Origin: Anthoceros angustus
Lineage: Eukaryota; Plantae; Anthocerotophyta
Direction: 5' to 3'
Assembly (NCBI GenBank): GCA_010909165.1
Contig: VJWM01000063.1
Location: 62,001 to 126,000 of the forward strand
Length of the DNA stretch: 64,000 bases
Part shown: positions 44,462-57,200 of the stretch, piece after piece
Layout of the letters: each line of letters opens with the position of its first letter
How positions within the stretch are numbered: position 1 is the first letter of the stretch
The notes under the pieces: model-generated
Told to the model about the DNA's origin: nothing
The model's input: only the letters and a program-made list of their open reading frames with translations
Databases searched by the model: none
Position numbers and translations under genes: made by a program

Positions 44462-45685
44462 ATGGCAGATGGTGATGACACCCATGAAAATAATATTGAG
44501 ATATGGAAGATTAAGAAGCTTATCAAGGCTTTGGAATCTGCACGTGGAAATGGTACCAGCATGATTTCTCTTATCATGCCGCCTGGGGATCAAATATCTC
44601 GAGTGATGAAGATGCTTGGTGATGAGCTTGGGACAGCGTCCAACATCAAGAGCAGGGTGAATCGGCAATCCGTGCTAGCTGCCATCGAATCACAAGCGAA
44701 GGGTTACATAGTGCCTCACTGGTTTTGTATGTCATTATTCGTCAATGATGAGGGAAAGGAAAAGAAGGTGACATTTCATTTTGAACCCTTCAAGACAATT
44801 AATACCTCCTTGTATTTGTGTGACAACAAATTTCATACGGAAGCTTTGAACGAGTTGCTAGAGTCGGATGATAAATTTGGCTTTATTATCATGAATGGAA
44901 ATGGTACTCTGTTTGGGACTCTTAGTGGAAATACTCGACGGGTGTTGCACAAATTTACCGTTGATTTGCCAAAGAAACACGGAAGAGGAGGACAGTCAGC
45001 CTTGCGATTTGCTCGCCTTCGAATGGAGAAACGTCACAACTATGTAAGAAAAGTTGCCGAATTAGCTACACAATTTTTTGTGAATCCCATCACCTCTCAG
45101 CTCAATGTCAATGGGCTTGTTCTTGCGGGGTCTGCGGATTTGAAGACAGAATTGAGCCAGTCAAATTTATTTGACCCAAGGCTTGAAGCCAAAGTGTTGA
45201 ATGTAGTGGATATTTGTTACGGGGGAGAAAATGGTTTCAATCAAGCCATAGAGCTCTCCTCAGAGATTTTATCAAATCTGAAATTCATCCAAGAACAAAG
45301 GTTGATTGGGAAATATTTCGAGGAGATAAGTCAAGATACTGGGAAATATGTATACGGTGTTGATGACACATTGGAAGCTTTAAAGACGGGAGCTGTTGAG
45401 ACTCTGATAGTATGGGAGAATTTGGAAGTTGATGGTTTTCACAATATATTGAAGATAAACAAGGAGCAAAAGCAAACTCAGGCAGAGCAAGAGGAACCTT
45501 CTCTGTTGGAATGGTTAGCTAACGAGTATAGGAGGTTTGGTTGTAGTCGACTTGAGTTTGTGACGAATAGATCTCCGGAGGGTTCCCAATTTTGTAAAGG
45601 CTTCGGAGGCATTGGAGGCATTCTTCGATATCGATTTGATATGAGAATGCTTGATCAATTATCTGACGAGGACGAATCCTACTAG
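44462..45685 (+). CDS. eRF1: Eukaryotic release factor 1 paralog, intronless, divergent (407 aa from ATG 44462)
   Basis: [74 protein letters not shown]; ORF open end to end. Confidence 0.93.
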   Translation: MADGDDTHENNIEIWKIKKLIKALESARGNGTSMISLIMPPGDQISRVMKMLGDELGTASNIKSRVNRQSVLAAIESQAKGYIVPHWFCMSLFVNDEGKEKKVTFHFEPFKTINTSLYLCDNKFHTEALNELLESDDKFGFIIMNGNGTLFGTLSGNTRRVLHKFTVDLPKKHGRGGQSALRFARLRMEKRHNYVRKVAELATQFFVNPITSQLNVNGLVLAGSADLKTELSQSNLFDPRLEAKVLNVVDICYGGENGFNQAIELSSEILSNLKFIQEQRLIGKYFEEISQDTGKYVYGVDDTLEALKTGAVETLIVWENLEVDGFHNILKINKEQKQTQAEQEEPSLLEWLANEYRRFGCSRLEFVTNRSPEGSQFCKGFGGIGGILRYRFDMRMLDQLSDEDESY

Positions 45686-46501
45686 ACACGTTACACCATA
45701 TAGTGTCATAAGGAGGTCATTGACAAGTAATGTTGAATTGATTAACCCTAAATTGCCTCATCTCAATATGAGACGGGATGGAGATTTTATTGTAAAAAGA
45801 AGATGGGGAAAACCCATCTACCCCGTGACAAGGGGGAACAATCCTTTTGGGAACAAACCATGGTGGACCAAACCCCGTTATTGCCGATCTTGTAACTACC
45901 TATCACGCCAAGAACGTCATAGTCAGGGATAGGAAAATGCCTACCTACCACCGATGTCGAAGATATCGCCTCGCCTCCCCTGGGCTTGTTGTCATCTTAT
46001 ATATATCTCGTTGCACTACTAACGAGGAGGTGGGGGCGGGGCGGGAGGGGAGGGTTTTACAAATCTCCTTTTGTAAATATCCAAATCTTTACAACGTTTA
46101 AAAATCCCCATTGTAAATTGGTTTAAGTTTTGTTGATGTGGCAAGTTTTAAGACTCGGTTTACAACGGGGGTTTCTAGTTGGATGATGTGGCACTCTTTT
46201 GGTACTCATTTACATTAACGGATTGATGACGTGGCTCCCTTGCTGTAGATTACGTTATAAAAGCCTTTTCTCAGAAGCTGATGTTCTACCATATTCAATT
46301 CTTGATTTTTCTGATCCATTACTTCTTCTTTTCTTAAAAACATTAACATCTTGTATGTTGTTTGGTTCAATTTCATATACAAATCCGTTTAATTAGAATG
46401 CATGATAAGAATCATCATACGTGACTTTATCTTTTCCTTTTTCTACTATTCTTATATCTTTCATGCCCTCATCACGTATATTTAGAGCTTTTAATTTTTT
46501 T

Positions 46502-46831
46502 TTATCTATCTTTTAAGAGAGGAAAATTTTGGTTCAATGTTTTCTTAAAAGATTCTGGTTTCTTACTAGTACTGACTCCCTTGATTGCGTTATTATTATG
46601 GTTTGTCATATGTCCATTTCTTTTCTGAATTTGGTTGATTGATTTGGTCTCTACCTTCTTAACATTAAATATAGAGGGTCTAAGGATAGGGTTCTTTGCC
46701 CAACATACTTTTTCTACATGTCCTTGTCTATTACAAGATCTACAACTCACTCCTTTATTCATTTTGCATTCATGCATTACATATGTGTTGCTTCCACATC
46801 GTAGACATATCCTATCTTTATCATTTACCAA
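46502..46831 (-). mobile_element. Retrotransposon gag fragment with two CCHC-type zinc knuckles
   Basis: CLRCGSNTYVMHEC (degenerate) and CRSCNRQGHVEKVC. Confidence 0.65.
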
Positions 46832-47104
46832 CCACCTTCACTACTGCGATGCGATTCCGTCTCGGCCTACTCCATTTCTTGGCTTCTTGCTCCTCACTTG
46901 TGAGTGCGGCTGCCTTCGACGCTCTGGTGGCACCTTGCCGTTCTGCACAGTGTCATGCGTGTGATACTAATCTACGCACTTGGGTTTAGTGTTTGATTAG
47001 CATTAATTAATCTAATTACTTATCTTTTAAGTAAGTAATTAGTGTTAATTAATCTAATGCTTATGTTAATTAAGCATTGATTAGTGTTAATTAAACATGG
47101 TTAG

Positions 47105-47248
47105 CAATAGCTAAGTGGATAAGCTCAAGTAATATGCTCATATTCCTTGCATATTATAGTGTATTCTTAGGATACAATAGCTAAGTGGATAAGCTCAAGT
47201 AATATGCTTTGGCATATTCCTTGCATATTATAGTGTATTCTTAGGATA
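47105..47248. repeat. 70-bp tandem duplication, 2 copies
   Basis: caatagctaagtggataagctcaagtaatatgct...gtattcttaggata twice; the second copy has a 4-bp insertion. Confidence 0.9.
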
Positions 47249-47500
47249 TTTACGCATATCTTGATGCCAATAGGATATCTTAGGAATATGCGATGAGTCT
47301 AGTATATATAGACCCTTCCATTGAGGACAAGCTCGGATCATAGCTTGTCCTCTAGAATCTGCAAGGCGTTGTGAGGAGGCCAAAGCTATGACTCAGCGAT
47401 GTGTGAGGAATTTGCGTGTTGTTACCGTGGGAGAGTGTGTTTGTGCCGACGTGAGCTACTCCTCCTGTTGTTACAAGCTGATCTCGTGCAGCTGTGATGC

Positions 47501-47624
47501 TGGGCGATGCTAGGCGATGCTAGGCGATGCTAGGCGATGCTAGGCGATGCTAGGCGATGCTAGGCGATGCTAGGCGATGCTAGGCGATGCTAGGCGATGC
47601 TAGGCGATGCTAGGCGATGCTAGG
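47501..47624. repeat. 10-bp tandem repeat (TAGGCGATGC), about 12 copies
   Basis: 11 perfect copies plus one imperfect copy. Confidence 0.97.
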
Positions 47625-47704
47625 CCGTGCTGAGGCTACGCGGGCAAGTTCTTTAAGCAAGTAGGCAAGGGACTCTCGAAGTGTGCCCAAGGCTTGAGGC
47701 CTGA

Positions 47705-47920
47705 GGACCAAGCCCAAGGAGAGGAGGAAGCTCAAGCCCAAGGCCAAGGAGGAGGCGAAGAAGCCCAAGTCCAAGGCCAAGGAGGCGAAGAAGCCCAAGT
47801 CCAAGGCCAAGGAGGAGGAGAAGAAGCCCAAGTCAAGGCCAAGGAGGCGAAGAAGCCCAAGTCCAAGGCCAAGGAGGAGGAGGAGAAGGCGAAGAAGCCC
47901 AAGGCCAAGGAGGAGGAATG
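47705..47920. repeat. Degenerate ~30-bp purine-rich repeat (gaagaagcccaagtccaaggccaaggagg)
   Basis: About 6 imperfect copies, reading as KPKSKAKE-type low complexity. Confidence 0.85.
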
Positions 47921-50223
47921 AGGCCTCCACAGGGGCTGGCCTTTTAAGGCCAACCAACCAAGGGAGAAACAAGAGTATTTTACTCTTGGGCCCCATTCAA
48001 GGGATAAGGGAGAAGCGGATAGACATGGGTCATCAGTCCATGTGATTTCACTTTCTGTCCAAAAGTCCTAGTTAGCCACTCATCAGTCCACCCCACGGGT
48101 GCTTAACTCTAGTTCCTATGCCTTTGCTATCCAACTCACCCAGCTCATTTCTTTTGGGTGCTGCAGAGTATTTGTATGATTTTAACATGCATAGATACTT
48201 AGAGGTTTCACTAATCACGATCTAAGATAGCGGTGTGTTAACCTTGATTAAGGGTTTGATCTAGCCACTAACCGCCTGGAGTGCATGCCCGACACACTGA
48301 TCCGGACGGAGCTACCAGTCCATCAGAGCGAATTCAAGTCCCGACCAAGAGGGAGAAGCGAACACCTCGATTTTGGTACCAATAAGGATGGAGGAACCCA
48401 ACACAATCAACAATCTTTGAAGGATCTGAGTGGCAACACACAAGACACGTTAGTGCCGGACAACTCAAGCGACAATGAGGAGGACTTGTCTTGGAGTCGC
48501 CAAGATGGGAGGAGACAAGGATCGAATGGAGTTGTTCACAGAAGCGGCACCTTGCCACCGGAGGACTTCATCGAGAAGTACTGCGTGAGATGGAATTGAA
48601 GACCGGATACACGAAATACCATCCAAATGCCAAGTACTTGGGGATGAAGCATCATGCTATCGCGAGCACAAGGCGAGTTGAGCACACATGGAGGACCAGG
48701 AGTAGCGCTCAAGCCGGAACCAATGACAGTGCACCGAGTGGGCACGATCCCATCAAGAGATGTTTGACATCTTCCTACCGAGTTTCGCAAGCACGGATGA
48801 GAAGATCTCCGAGACACACTTCAAGATGAAGTCAGAGACCAAGATGGCTTATCAAGAATCGACCATGGTACGTGACACCAAGATCATGAGTGACCGACCA
48901 TCAGAGAAGTACTTGCATTGCCATATGCATCATGCATGAAGGTGCAACAAGCAAAGCAAAAGGGCAACACACCCTCAAGGAAGTGTACGAGATGGTCGAC
49001 AAGATAGGGCCCGCCGACACTTTCTCTCGTGGTTGCAAAGTGATTAAGTAAGTGGAGTGGACGACATGACCGACGCGGAGGTCGAGTGGAGGAGCTCGGC
49101 GAGACAAGCCAGCCCACCCCAAGTGACGAGCCCTCGCGAGGTGCCGAGGGACGACCATTCCCTCATGAGTGCGAGCATCTGGAGGAGTCAAGGGTGAGGA
49201 GCCATGTGTGGAGGTACGGCACAATGAAGCGGCATGTTGGGAGAAGCATCCGAATTGCGCACGGGTTATCGAAAGCAACCCCGCCAATGCATCTCGCCAA
49301 CCTCATCCACAAAATCGAAGAGCAAAGGCGCCGTGGAGGAGGCAAAGTGGACAAAAGAAACGGAAGCATCAAAGAAGACGATGGACCACGTGGCACGCCT
49401 TGCAAAGCTGGAGAAGTTGCGGAAGGCGAAGATCAAGGAGAGCAGTTCATCATCGAGGACGAAGAAGATGAGCACAAGCTTGATACATGGCGATCGTGAC
49501 CGATCCAAGGGCAGGAAGAAACCTCCGCAGCCTACGAGAGAAGATAGCTCAGAGGAAGAAGAGGATGTCTTGACACCGCAGGCGGAAGACACGGAAGGAA
49601 GCTTCGGATCCTCTTCCGAACCTATGCCAAGATGCCAAAGTCGCTTGAGCCATTGCCAACAGGAGCAACTGGGAGCAACATCAAAGTCCAGTGGGCGATG
49701 GAGAAACCCATGATTGTCGACGGAGACGATGGCACAAAAGCTCGAGATGCCATACAAGACATGGGGTTGAGCGTGAAGGAAGTCAGGGTTTGACTCATGG
49801 ATGTTGACAACCCTTGAAGACGGGCAAGTGTCGATAATGTGCCACAACAGTGGCAATGATGTCATTGCCGACTGAGCCAAGCATCTCGGAGAAGCGGAAT
49901 GTCGCACGAGTGGGAGTGGCTTTGGTCAACAATCGAGAGGCACATTGAAATCAATGGATTCGCACCAAGGAGGGTGTTGATTGACACCGAGCACGCCCGG
50001 TGATCGTTGGAAGAAGAGTGAAGGAAGCGTTGGGTCTCCACCAAGAAAGGTTGAAGGAAACCAAGTGGAAGATCCGCATCTGGGACCACGAGCATGTGTT
50101 GGGGTGACAAGGTACATGTCAAGGTTTCTATTCAAACCAAGAACAAGCAGACTTCACCTTTGTCGAGGTACATCCGCTTGGTCACCGATGCGCATACTTT
50201 GATGTCTTCTTGGGAGCGGGCGA

Positions 50224-53200
50224 TGTGGCGCGACTACCGATGGACACCGCTGCCAAATCCCGTTGTCGTTGTAGTATGGAGTCCGTTCCCAAGAGAATGA
50301 TAGCTCCGCTTGCCGCTTCACCGATTCTCACCTTTCTTCGGGTCCACTTCACCTTAACACACTCAATCTTCGCTTACACCTACTATTTATAACGTTTCAC
50401 CAACAGCCCGTGGCTAAACGTTTAAGGACCTGCTTTGGCCCGCCTGCTCGTCACTGCTTTTCATCTGCCTTCCCATCGCCTCTACACTTATCAACCTTGG
50501 AAAAGAACGCAAGTGGCTACGTCAGACCTCCCACGTTGCTCCGCCGGCCTCCGTCCGGCTCGCACACCCTCCCAAGTACCTCCGCTCACACGCCCGTCCG
50601 GCCGACGTTGGACCGCCCGACGAACAAGGGTCCTCGCCCTTCCCCGCACACCACCACACGTTAAGTCCGCTACAGACCTTGACTGCCTCCCGAGTCGCTG
50701 TGCTCGCTGACTCAGACTCGTTAGCAAGAAGACGCCAAGGGTCTGCAAGAACGCATCAACACCAAGAGAAGATATTTACTAGAGCGGCCTCACTCTTATA
50801 CTACCAAGGTCGGCCTTTATTACACCCCTATTCGAGCTGATGGCCACTCAAGATGCCCCTAATCGGCCGCCACCATCCTATTTCCTCCCCTATCTCCTTC
50901 GCTGGGCTGAAGATTCGGTTCACGGATGGGTGGTCCAATCTCCGCCCCGACAGCTTGTGGCGCCCCAATCGGATGATCCGTGAGGCGGGCCTCTCTCCCG
51001 GAATCTCCGTTACACCGGCGGCCTCGACAACCGTCAAGCACGACGCCATCCTCCCCCTCCTCGTCCTCACGGCCACGGCCATTCGCTTCCCTAGCGAAGG
51101 GGCTCCTCCCATCGCCGCAGCCGACCTCGAGGTCTGCCTCGACTCCGAACTCAGAGTCCGCTTATTTCCGAGTCCCCGGCCAGGTCCGACTGTTGGGTCC
51201 GGACCTCGTGGTCCGGACTTTCTCGGGTCCGACTGTGGTCCGGCTTCACATGGTCCGGACTCGTGGTCCACGCCGCCTGCCTTTCCTCACGGACCTCCGC
51301 GGGCCTCCTCAAGTCCTTCATTGCCTCGATCGCCCAAGTGACCCTGGGCCTTCTTCTTCCATGGAGCGGGCAGCCCGCGAGGTGATGGCCTCCTGAGTCG
51401 CTCGTCCCGCCTCTCCTCCACATGGCCTCGAGCACTGCACCCTGCCGCCAGGTCTTCACTGAGTGTTGTTCGCCCGGCTCGCTCCGCCGCCAGCCACAAC
51501 GCCGGCACTTTGAAGCCACCAAAGCGGCCTCCGACACCTCCGCAGCCTTTGCCGCCGCTCAACGCCCCTCCTCCCTTTGTCGGAGCTCACCCAATCGACC
51601 GCCATGGAGCCCAGCCTCCCTTCCGCTCTCCGAATCGGATAAGGAGCCCCTCTCTAGCGCCTCCTCCCTCCGCTTACCCACAAGGTCCGCCACCTCCTCT
51701 CCAATGACCGTATATCCATCCGACCGCTTCTTCCAGCACTCGCAACGCCCAACCTCGATAGTCGCCGATTTTCCTCCGCCTTCGACGGAGCCGAGGCACT
51801 TATTTCGTGCTCAAGTCGTGGATTCTCCTGCTGAGAATCACCGCCCGACGATCTTGAGTTGTAGCTCCAGCTGTCCTTGCCGCCTCCATCTCCGCCTCCT
51901 CTACTTCTCGCACTGCACTGAGATCTCCTATCTCCGAGTGCCGCCTCCATCTCCTTCCCCGAGTTACCTCGCCGCCCATCACGCCGCTGCCTCTGCTAGC
52001 TGGCCGCCCGCCCGCTCCCTCCGCTGCTTCCTCCGGACCTCCGCCCCACGCTTGCAGAGAGGTCCTCCCGGGCTTGGGCCTCCTGCTTGCTTCACTGTCA
52101 CAGAGTCAAGAACCTTGGCCGTCCTCTGAACCGCCGGGCCTCGGCCTCCGCCCCGCTTCCTTCCTCGATCCGAGGGACTCGCTTTTCCTTGCCCCCGGGC
52201 CGCCTTCACTTGCTCTTGGAGTTCCACCATCCTCCTCCGGTGGCTCTCCACTCGGCCTTCTGCACTACGAGGCCCCAAAGCATTCCGGCCCATGACGTAG
52301 CTGACCCGCTGTTTCTTCCACGGCCGCCGGTGAGGCCCCCACAAAGTCCTTGGTGGGCGCGGCATCTCTCGGTCCGCCAAGGACCGCCATACCAGCCCGA
52401 GTAAGTCCGGACTGGGTTCTCCTGACCTAATCAGACCTCAGTCCCGGTGGTGAGGTCCGAGTCTCACCTCTTGGCCCTCCGGGCTCTAACTCCTTTGTGC
52501 CTCTTTCTCCGGGCTTGAGGAGGTGAGAGTCCGAGCCCTTTCCCTTCCTGGAGGACGGCCCTGGCCGCTGACCTCCGCCTCCTTGGGCCACGTCCCTTCG
52601 CCTCCACTCTCACTTTTTACCTGCAAGTGGTAAGGTACCGCACCTTCCGAGGTGCCGCCAGGCGGCACCGCCTTCCGCCTTCGCCCCGCGAGTTCGCCGG
52701 CACTGTGGTTGTTGGTCTCCGCCGGGTGCCGGAGCCGCCAACGCCTCCCAGACCCTCCCAGGCCGGCCGCCCGAGGGGGCACCAAAAGGAGGGAAGGGGA
52801 ATCTCCCAAACTTCCCTGGTGGTGAGGGGTTCGCCTGACGATGGAGTCCTGCCTCCCTCCTCCCGAGTCCGCTCTCGGACCCCACCCCGCCTTCTCCCTC
52901 CACCTCCAGGCCTCCACCTCCGTGGCCTGCCCTCCTCCCTCCTTCAGAGCTCAAATGTCCCCATACATGGATCGCTCACCGGCGAGGGCTTCGCCCTTAG
53001 CCATGCGCCCCGATCGATCCTTCCGCGAAGATAATCCTTCTCGCTCTTCCTGAGCGTGGAGGAATACCAGTTATCACCAAGGTGATCCACCTTGGTGAGT
53101 GTTCCAATGGACGATTATCGCCACCGCCTCTTACTCTGCCAGAGCGACATCAACCATCCGCTGGTTGTTGTCCCTGCAGGGCCGCCTAGCCGCTTCCACC

Positions 53201-54054
53201 TTCCCTTTAAGGGGCCTGCACCACGCCCCTTCCTTCCTCCGGGCAGGCGCCTCGGGACCTCCAAGGTCCATCGGTCCTCCCGAGGTTCTTGATCGACCTC
53301 CTTCGCCGCCAAGATCTTCCCGGCAAACTCCCATGGTGACCTAAGGTCCGCACACCGGAACATGCGTGCCACTCACCCCCTCCGCCTCCTCAGGGACCAA
53401 GTCGTAGCGCCGTCACAATGTTGCGCCCACGCACTCCACTCCTCCGACGCTTTGGGTGCCATTGCTCCTCCTTGCTCCGAATTTGAGGCTGCACCGGGCC
53501 CTCCTCGCTGCTCCTTCCGAGGTCAAGCTGCTTGGGGCGCCCAAAAGAGATGGCCAGAGAGCCGGATTTGAGGAGCGCAAGGGAGCGCGAGGATCGGGCG
53601 CGAGGTAGAATGACCTCCCTCCTCCTGAAGTAATCACCGGAAGGCGCCTGTCGTCGCAATCGCTGTGGGTCCGTGGCTTACTTAACCCTACGCTGCTGCC
53701 CGCCTGCCTTACGCCGCTGGGCGTGAATACCGCTATAACGGCTCGCAAGGTTACGGCCCGCCTCATGGCCCTCCACTGTGGCCGCCCACGTGCGCCTGTC
53801 CGCCCCTCCGACTCGTTGCTTTCCGCGACCTATCCTGCTGACCCGAGGTCCGACTTATCCTGACGGGTTCCGACTCTCACTTGCTAGTAGTCCGAGCTTG
53901 CCATAGTGGTACGGGTCCGTTGTTCACGGAGTCCGAGTATACTCCCGAGCCCGTCCAAGCGCCACCAATTTATTCCTCCTTTTCCGCCTTTATTTATCCT
54001 TCAATCCTAAAAAACAAAACCCTACTTATTTCTAACTCCCAAGGGAAGTGTACA
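50224..54054 (-). repeat. 3' LTR (~3.83 kb)
   Basis: Terminal TG at 50224 (tgtggcgcgact, shared with the PBS junction at 59514) and ACA at 54052-54054. Adjacent purine tract gagaaagagta on the minus strand (PPT-like, 54055-54065). The inner boundary is less certain than the outer. Confidence 0.65.
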
Positions 54055-54299
54055 TACTCTTTCTCATCTGCGCCTCCGCCAACACTAAGCATGATACTTC
54101 TTCACCCGCCACCCGCTCACCCGAGTGGGCACAGCCTCATCCACCGCCGAGTTGACGGACCCATTTGTCATACTGCAGCACCACTTGGTAAGGACCCATC
54201 CATCTCGTGAAGTTTGCGGAAAAGTGCATATGCATCATAAAGGAGGCCAAATTCCTTTACATACTCCCGATTCCGCCTGCATGCCAAATCTTTCTGGTT

Positions 54300-57200
54300 T
54301 TGCATCCAGTTGAGCTTCTTCCTCCGTGTGTTGGACAAACCCCAAGAGTCGCTCGCTGGCTTTCCTCTCCGCTGCCTTCCATCATTAATCCGGGCACTTC
54401 AAACCCACGCATTACGGAGTGTCCAGGTTAGGTCAAGAAGTCCGTGGTTACCTTCTCTGGCCCCAACGCCAGGCGATGGCGCTTGGTATCCCAAATGGGG
54501 CATAGTTAACCGTGAGTTTATTGGATCCCGCAGATGAGCCCATTTGTCTTCTCACCCCATTGGCCTTGGATTGTAGGGGTGTCACATGATTGATGCCAAA
54601 ATAGTCCGCCATGGCGGCCACCACATCATTAAGGAAATGGGTTCCCTATCACTTACCGCAGCGGACACCCATCTGATGATGTTCTCATAACAGGAATTTG
54701 GCCACGGTTTGGAGTCCGCTCTCGCCACCGCCTCTACCCACTGCGAGTCCGCTGCCACCAGATGTATCTGTGTGTGTGTGTCATAGGTCCAACAAAGTCA
54801 TGCCCCACTTTTCGAAAGGTGCCAGTGCCAATATCGGTACTAGCGGCCACCGTGTTGTTGGCTTTCCCGATCCACGACAAGCATCACACTTCTTCACAAA
54901 CCGGTGGGTGTCCCCATACATTGTTGGCCACCAAGATCCTGCCTAAAATCTTTTGGTGGTGACTGTCTTTGCGTAGTGTCCTCCCCAATCCTTCGTGCAT
55001 CGACGACCGCCTCCTCTCGCCGGGTTGTAAGTACCTTCGCTCTACTCCGTCCGCCCTAATTTGACACACACCGTATTCTCAAGGGTCGAGCATAGTGCAC
55101 GAATGCCTCCTCCGCCCACGAGTGATTTTCGGGAAGCTCCATTCCCAGGTACTCCATTTCAGAGGGTCGGACGCCTCCCTTCTCCCTCCGCTAAGGCCGT
55201 AGCTTGGGGTTCGGCCGGCTCCTATTGTACTTTTATCGGCAACCAATGTCTCATCCGGAACGCATCTTCCGATCTCTCACAACACTGTTTTCAATCGTGA
55301 CGAAATCGCATTTTGGTGCCTCCCTTGTCTTGTTTCCACTTCAAACGTGAACTCGCAGCAACAATATCCACCTTGCTATCCGTCCGGACAGTCCGCCTTA
55401 TTCACCGATGCAAATAAAGTGGTCTATAGAACACAAACTCACCGGTAGTGTAGTGTCGGAATTTCTTGATATACCATACCCAAGGCTTCGCCTGTAGTTG
55501 TGTATTTTCCCGTGGTGAGCTGTCAGTAGTATACGGATAATCCTTCGCTTGTCGTCCTTCCGCTCAAGACTACTCCGATAGCAAAAGCTACACACGCTAC
55601 ACACATGAAATTTCTTGCTCCGTCCTCTTAGAACTGCGCTTACCAAGGTGTTCTCAGAATCCTCAAGGCCTCCTCTCCCCGAGACCAGTCCAATCCTCCT
55701 TCCGCAGAGTTCCAACTTAGCCGCCTTCGCAAAGTCCTTAATAAACCGCGGTAGTATCCCACCATTCCTGTGAAACCTCTCGCCTTTAGGTCTCCGGGCG
55801 GCGGAGAGATGGATGACCCGACCTTGTCCCGTCCACCTCGATTCCATGTACACGATCTGACAAGATTCCTCTCATTCCAAAGTAGCATTTCTCGTGTAGG
55901 CTCAATTGAGTCTCCGGGCCCAAGCACTTTCTTAGATGTCCAAGGTGTTTGTCCCCATGCACACAAAAATCATCCAGAATATCTCCATGAAGTCCCTCGA
56001 AGTCACAAGACGTTGGTCACCATATGAACGACCTCGGCGCCCGGCCATCCCAAAGGCACTTCTCTTGTAGGCAAACGCACTAATTCAGAGTGAAGGTCGC
56101 CTTGTCCCAAATCACCCCTTAGGTGCAATTGGTTGTATCCGAGTAGCCATCCAGAAGGAGTAAGTAGTCCGTCCACCACCTTGTCCAAAATGTCGCTCAC
56201 GAATGGCATCGGAAGTGGTCCTTCTCCGTGCGTTGAGCTTCCTCCAATCTTGGCATACCCGAATTTGTCTGGCTGTTTTGGGACCACCACACCACGACCC
56301 ACTCATTGCTGATGGGAAAATGATGTCTCCTGTACTTATCAAGGACCTCCTTCACCTTGATCGAATACTTGGGGTTGAGCTTGTATTGTCGGATTCGACC
56401 GCACCGCCTCCGGCTTCAAATCGATCTTATGCTCTCCCACTTCTTCTAATGCCCTTCATGTCCGTGACCTTGAGCGAACACCTCATAAAACTCCCCAAAG
56501 AATGCTTTAGTCCTTCCTTCAGTCCGAGGCATGCCTTTTTAAACTTCGTGAATTTGCTGGCCGGACCTCCACTTCTTCCACGCCGTCCGGGTTCACTGCC
56601 TCCTGCTCGCTCACGTCCAAACCCCTCGTCCTCCACTCGGGATCGCCCTCTCGCATCCCCATTCTCCTCAAGAGTTCCGAGGTGAATGGTTACTTCCCGG
56701 TCCCCACCTCTTCATCTTTTCCGGGACCTCTTCTTCACCGCCGCCTCCTCCTTTACTGCTCCAAAGCAATCGACACCTCCTCCCACCTCCGCCCAAAGGC
56801 ATCCTCAGAATCCATCTCCTCCTCGACCATGTGATTTTGGGGAAAGGGTACGCCCTGTCTTCCCTTTCATCATCCGTGAGTCCTCCTCACGAGGTATACC
56901 TGGTGCTCAGCTTCCCACAATGTATCCTTACTCCAAGTGAGAGCCACCTCCTCTCTCGACCTTAGGATCCCAATCCACGGGTTTGAAGTGGATTTCCTTC
57001 TGTAAGTGTAACTTTGTCGAGGCCCGAGCCATGGACGTCCCAAAGCACCTCATACCCTAGGGTCCGCGGGTCACGATGACACAAGTCCAATAGGGCCCCG
57101 CTATGGTGGCTAAGACTCGGACAACTCCCCGGATCGTGACATATCCGCCATTCTCGGGTTTTGGTGGATGGCTCAAGCGTGAACCCAACCGCCTTGCGGT

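Larger units (their letters stand above)
46960..50223 (+). mobile_element. Degraded LTR-retroelement-like segment (AT-rich LTR-like start, K/E-rich repeats, gag-like and protease-like remnants), cut by the Athila-like insertion
   Basis: tgtgata start at 46960, TATATATA near 47304, and RRVLIDT (aspartyl protease-like) near 49970. The sequence switches abruptly to LTR sequence at 50224. Confidence 0.4.

Noticed and set aside
44462-45685. Functional link between eRF1 and the stop-codon-repairing U-to-C editors
   Set aside because: They are 22 kb apart across transposon debris. eRF1 acts in the cytosol, whereas organelles use bacterial-type release factors.
45683-45710. eRF1 stop-codon readthrough autoregulation signal
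   Set aside because: The context TAG ACA CGT does not match the CARYYA-type readthrough motif, and there is no positive evidence.
39960-46831. One copia element (gag at 46.5-46.8 kb, RT at 40-41.5 kb) that captured the PPR and eRF1 sequences
   Set aside because: No integrase remnant or paired LTRs were seen, and the double-knuckle gag could equally be gypsy-type.
50400-54000. Numerous 100-235 aa Arg/Pro/Ser-rich ORFs, also at 58300-64000
   Set aside because: Expected in GC-rich LTR sequence with few stops; they show no recognisable domains and are not conserved in frame between the two LTRs.
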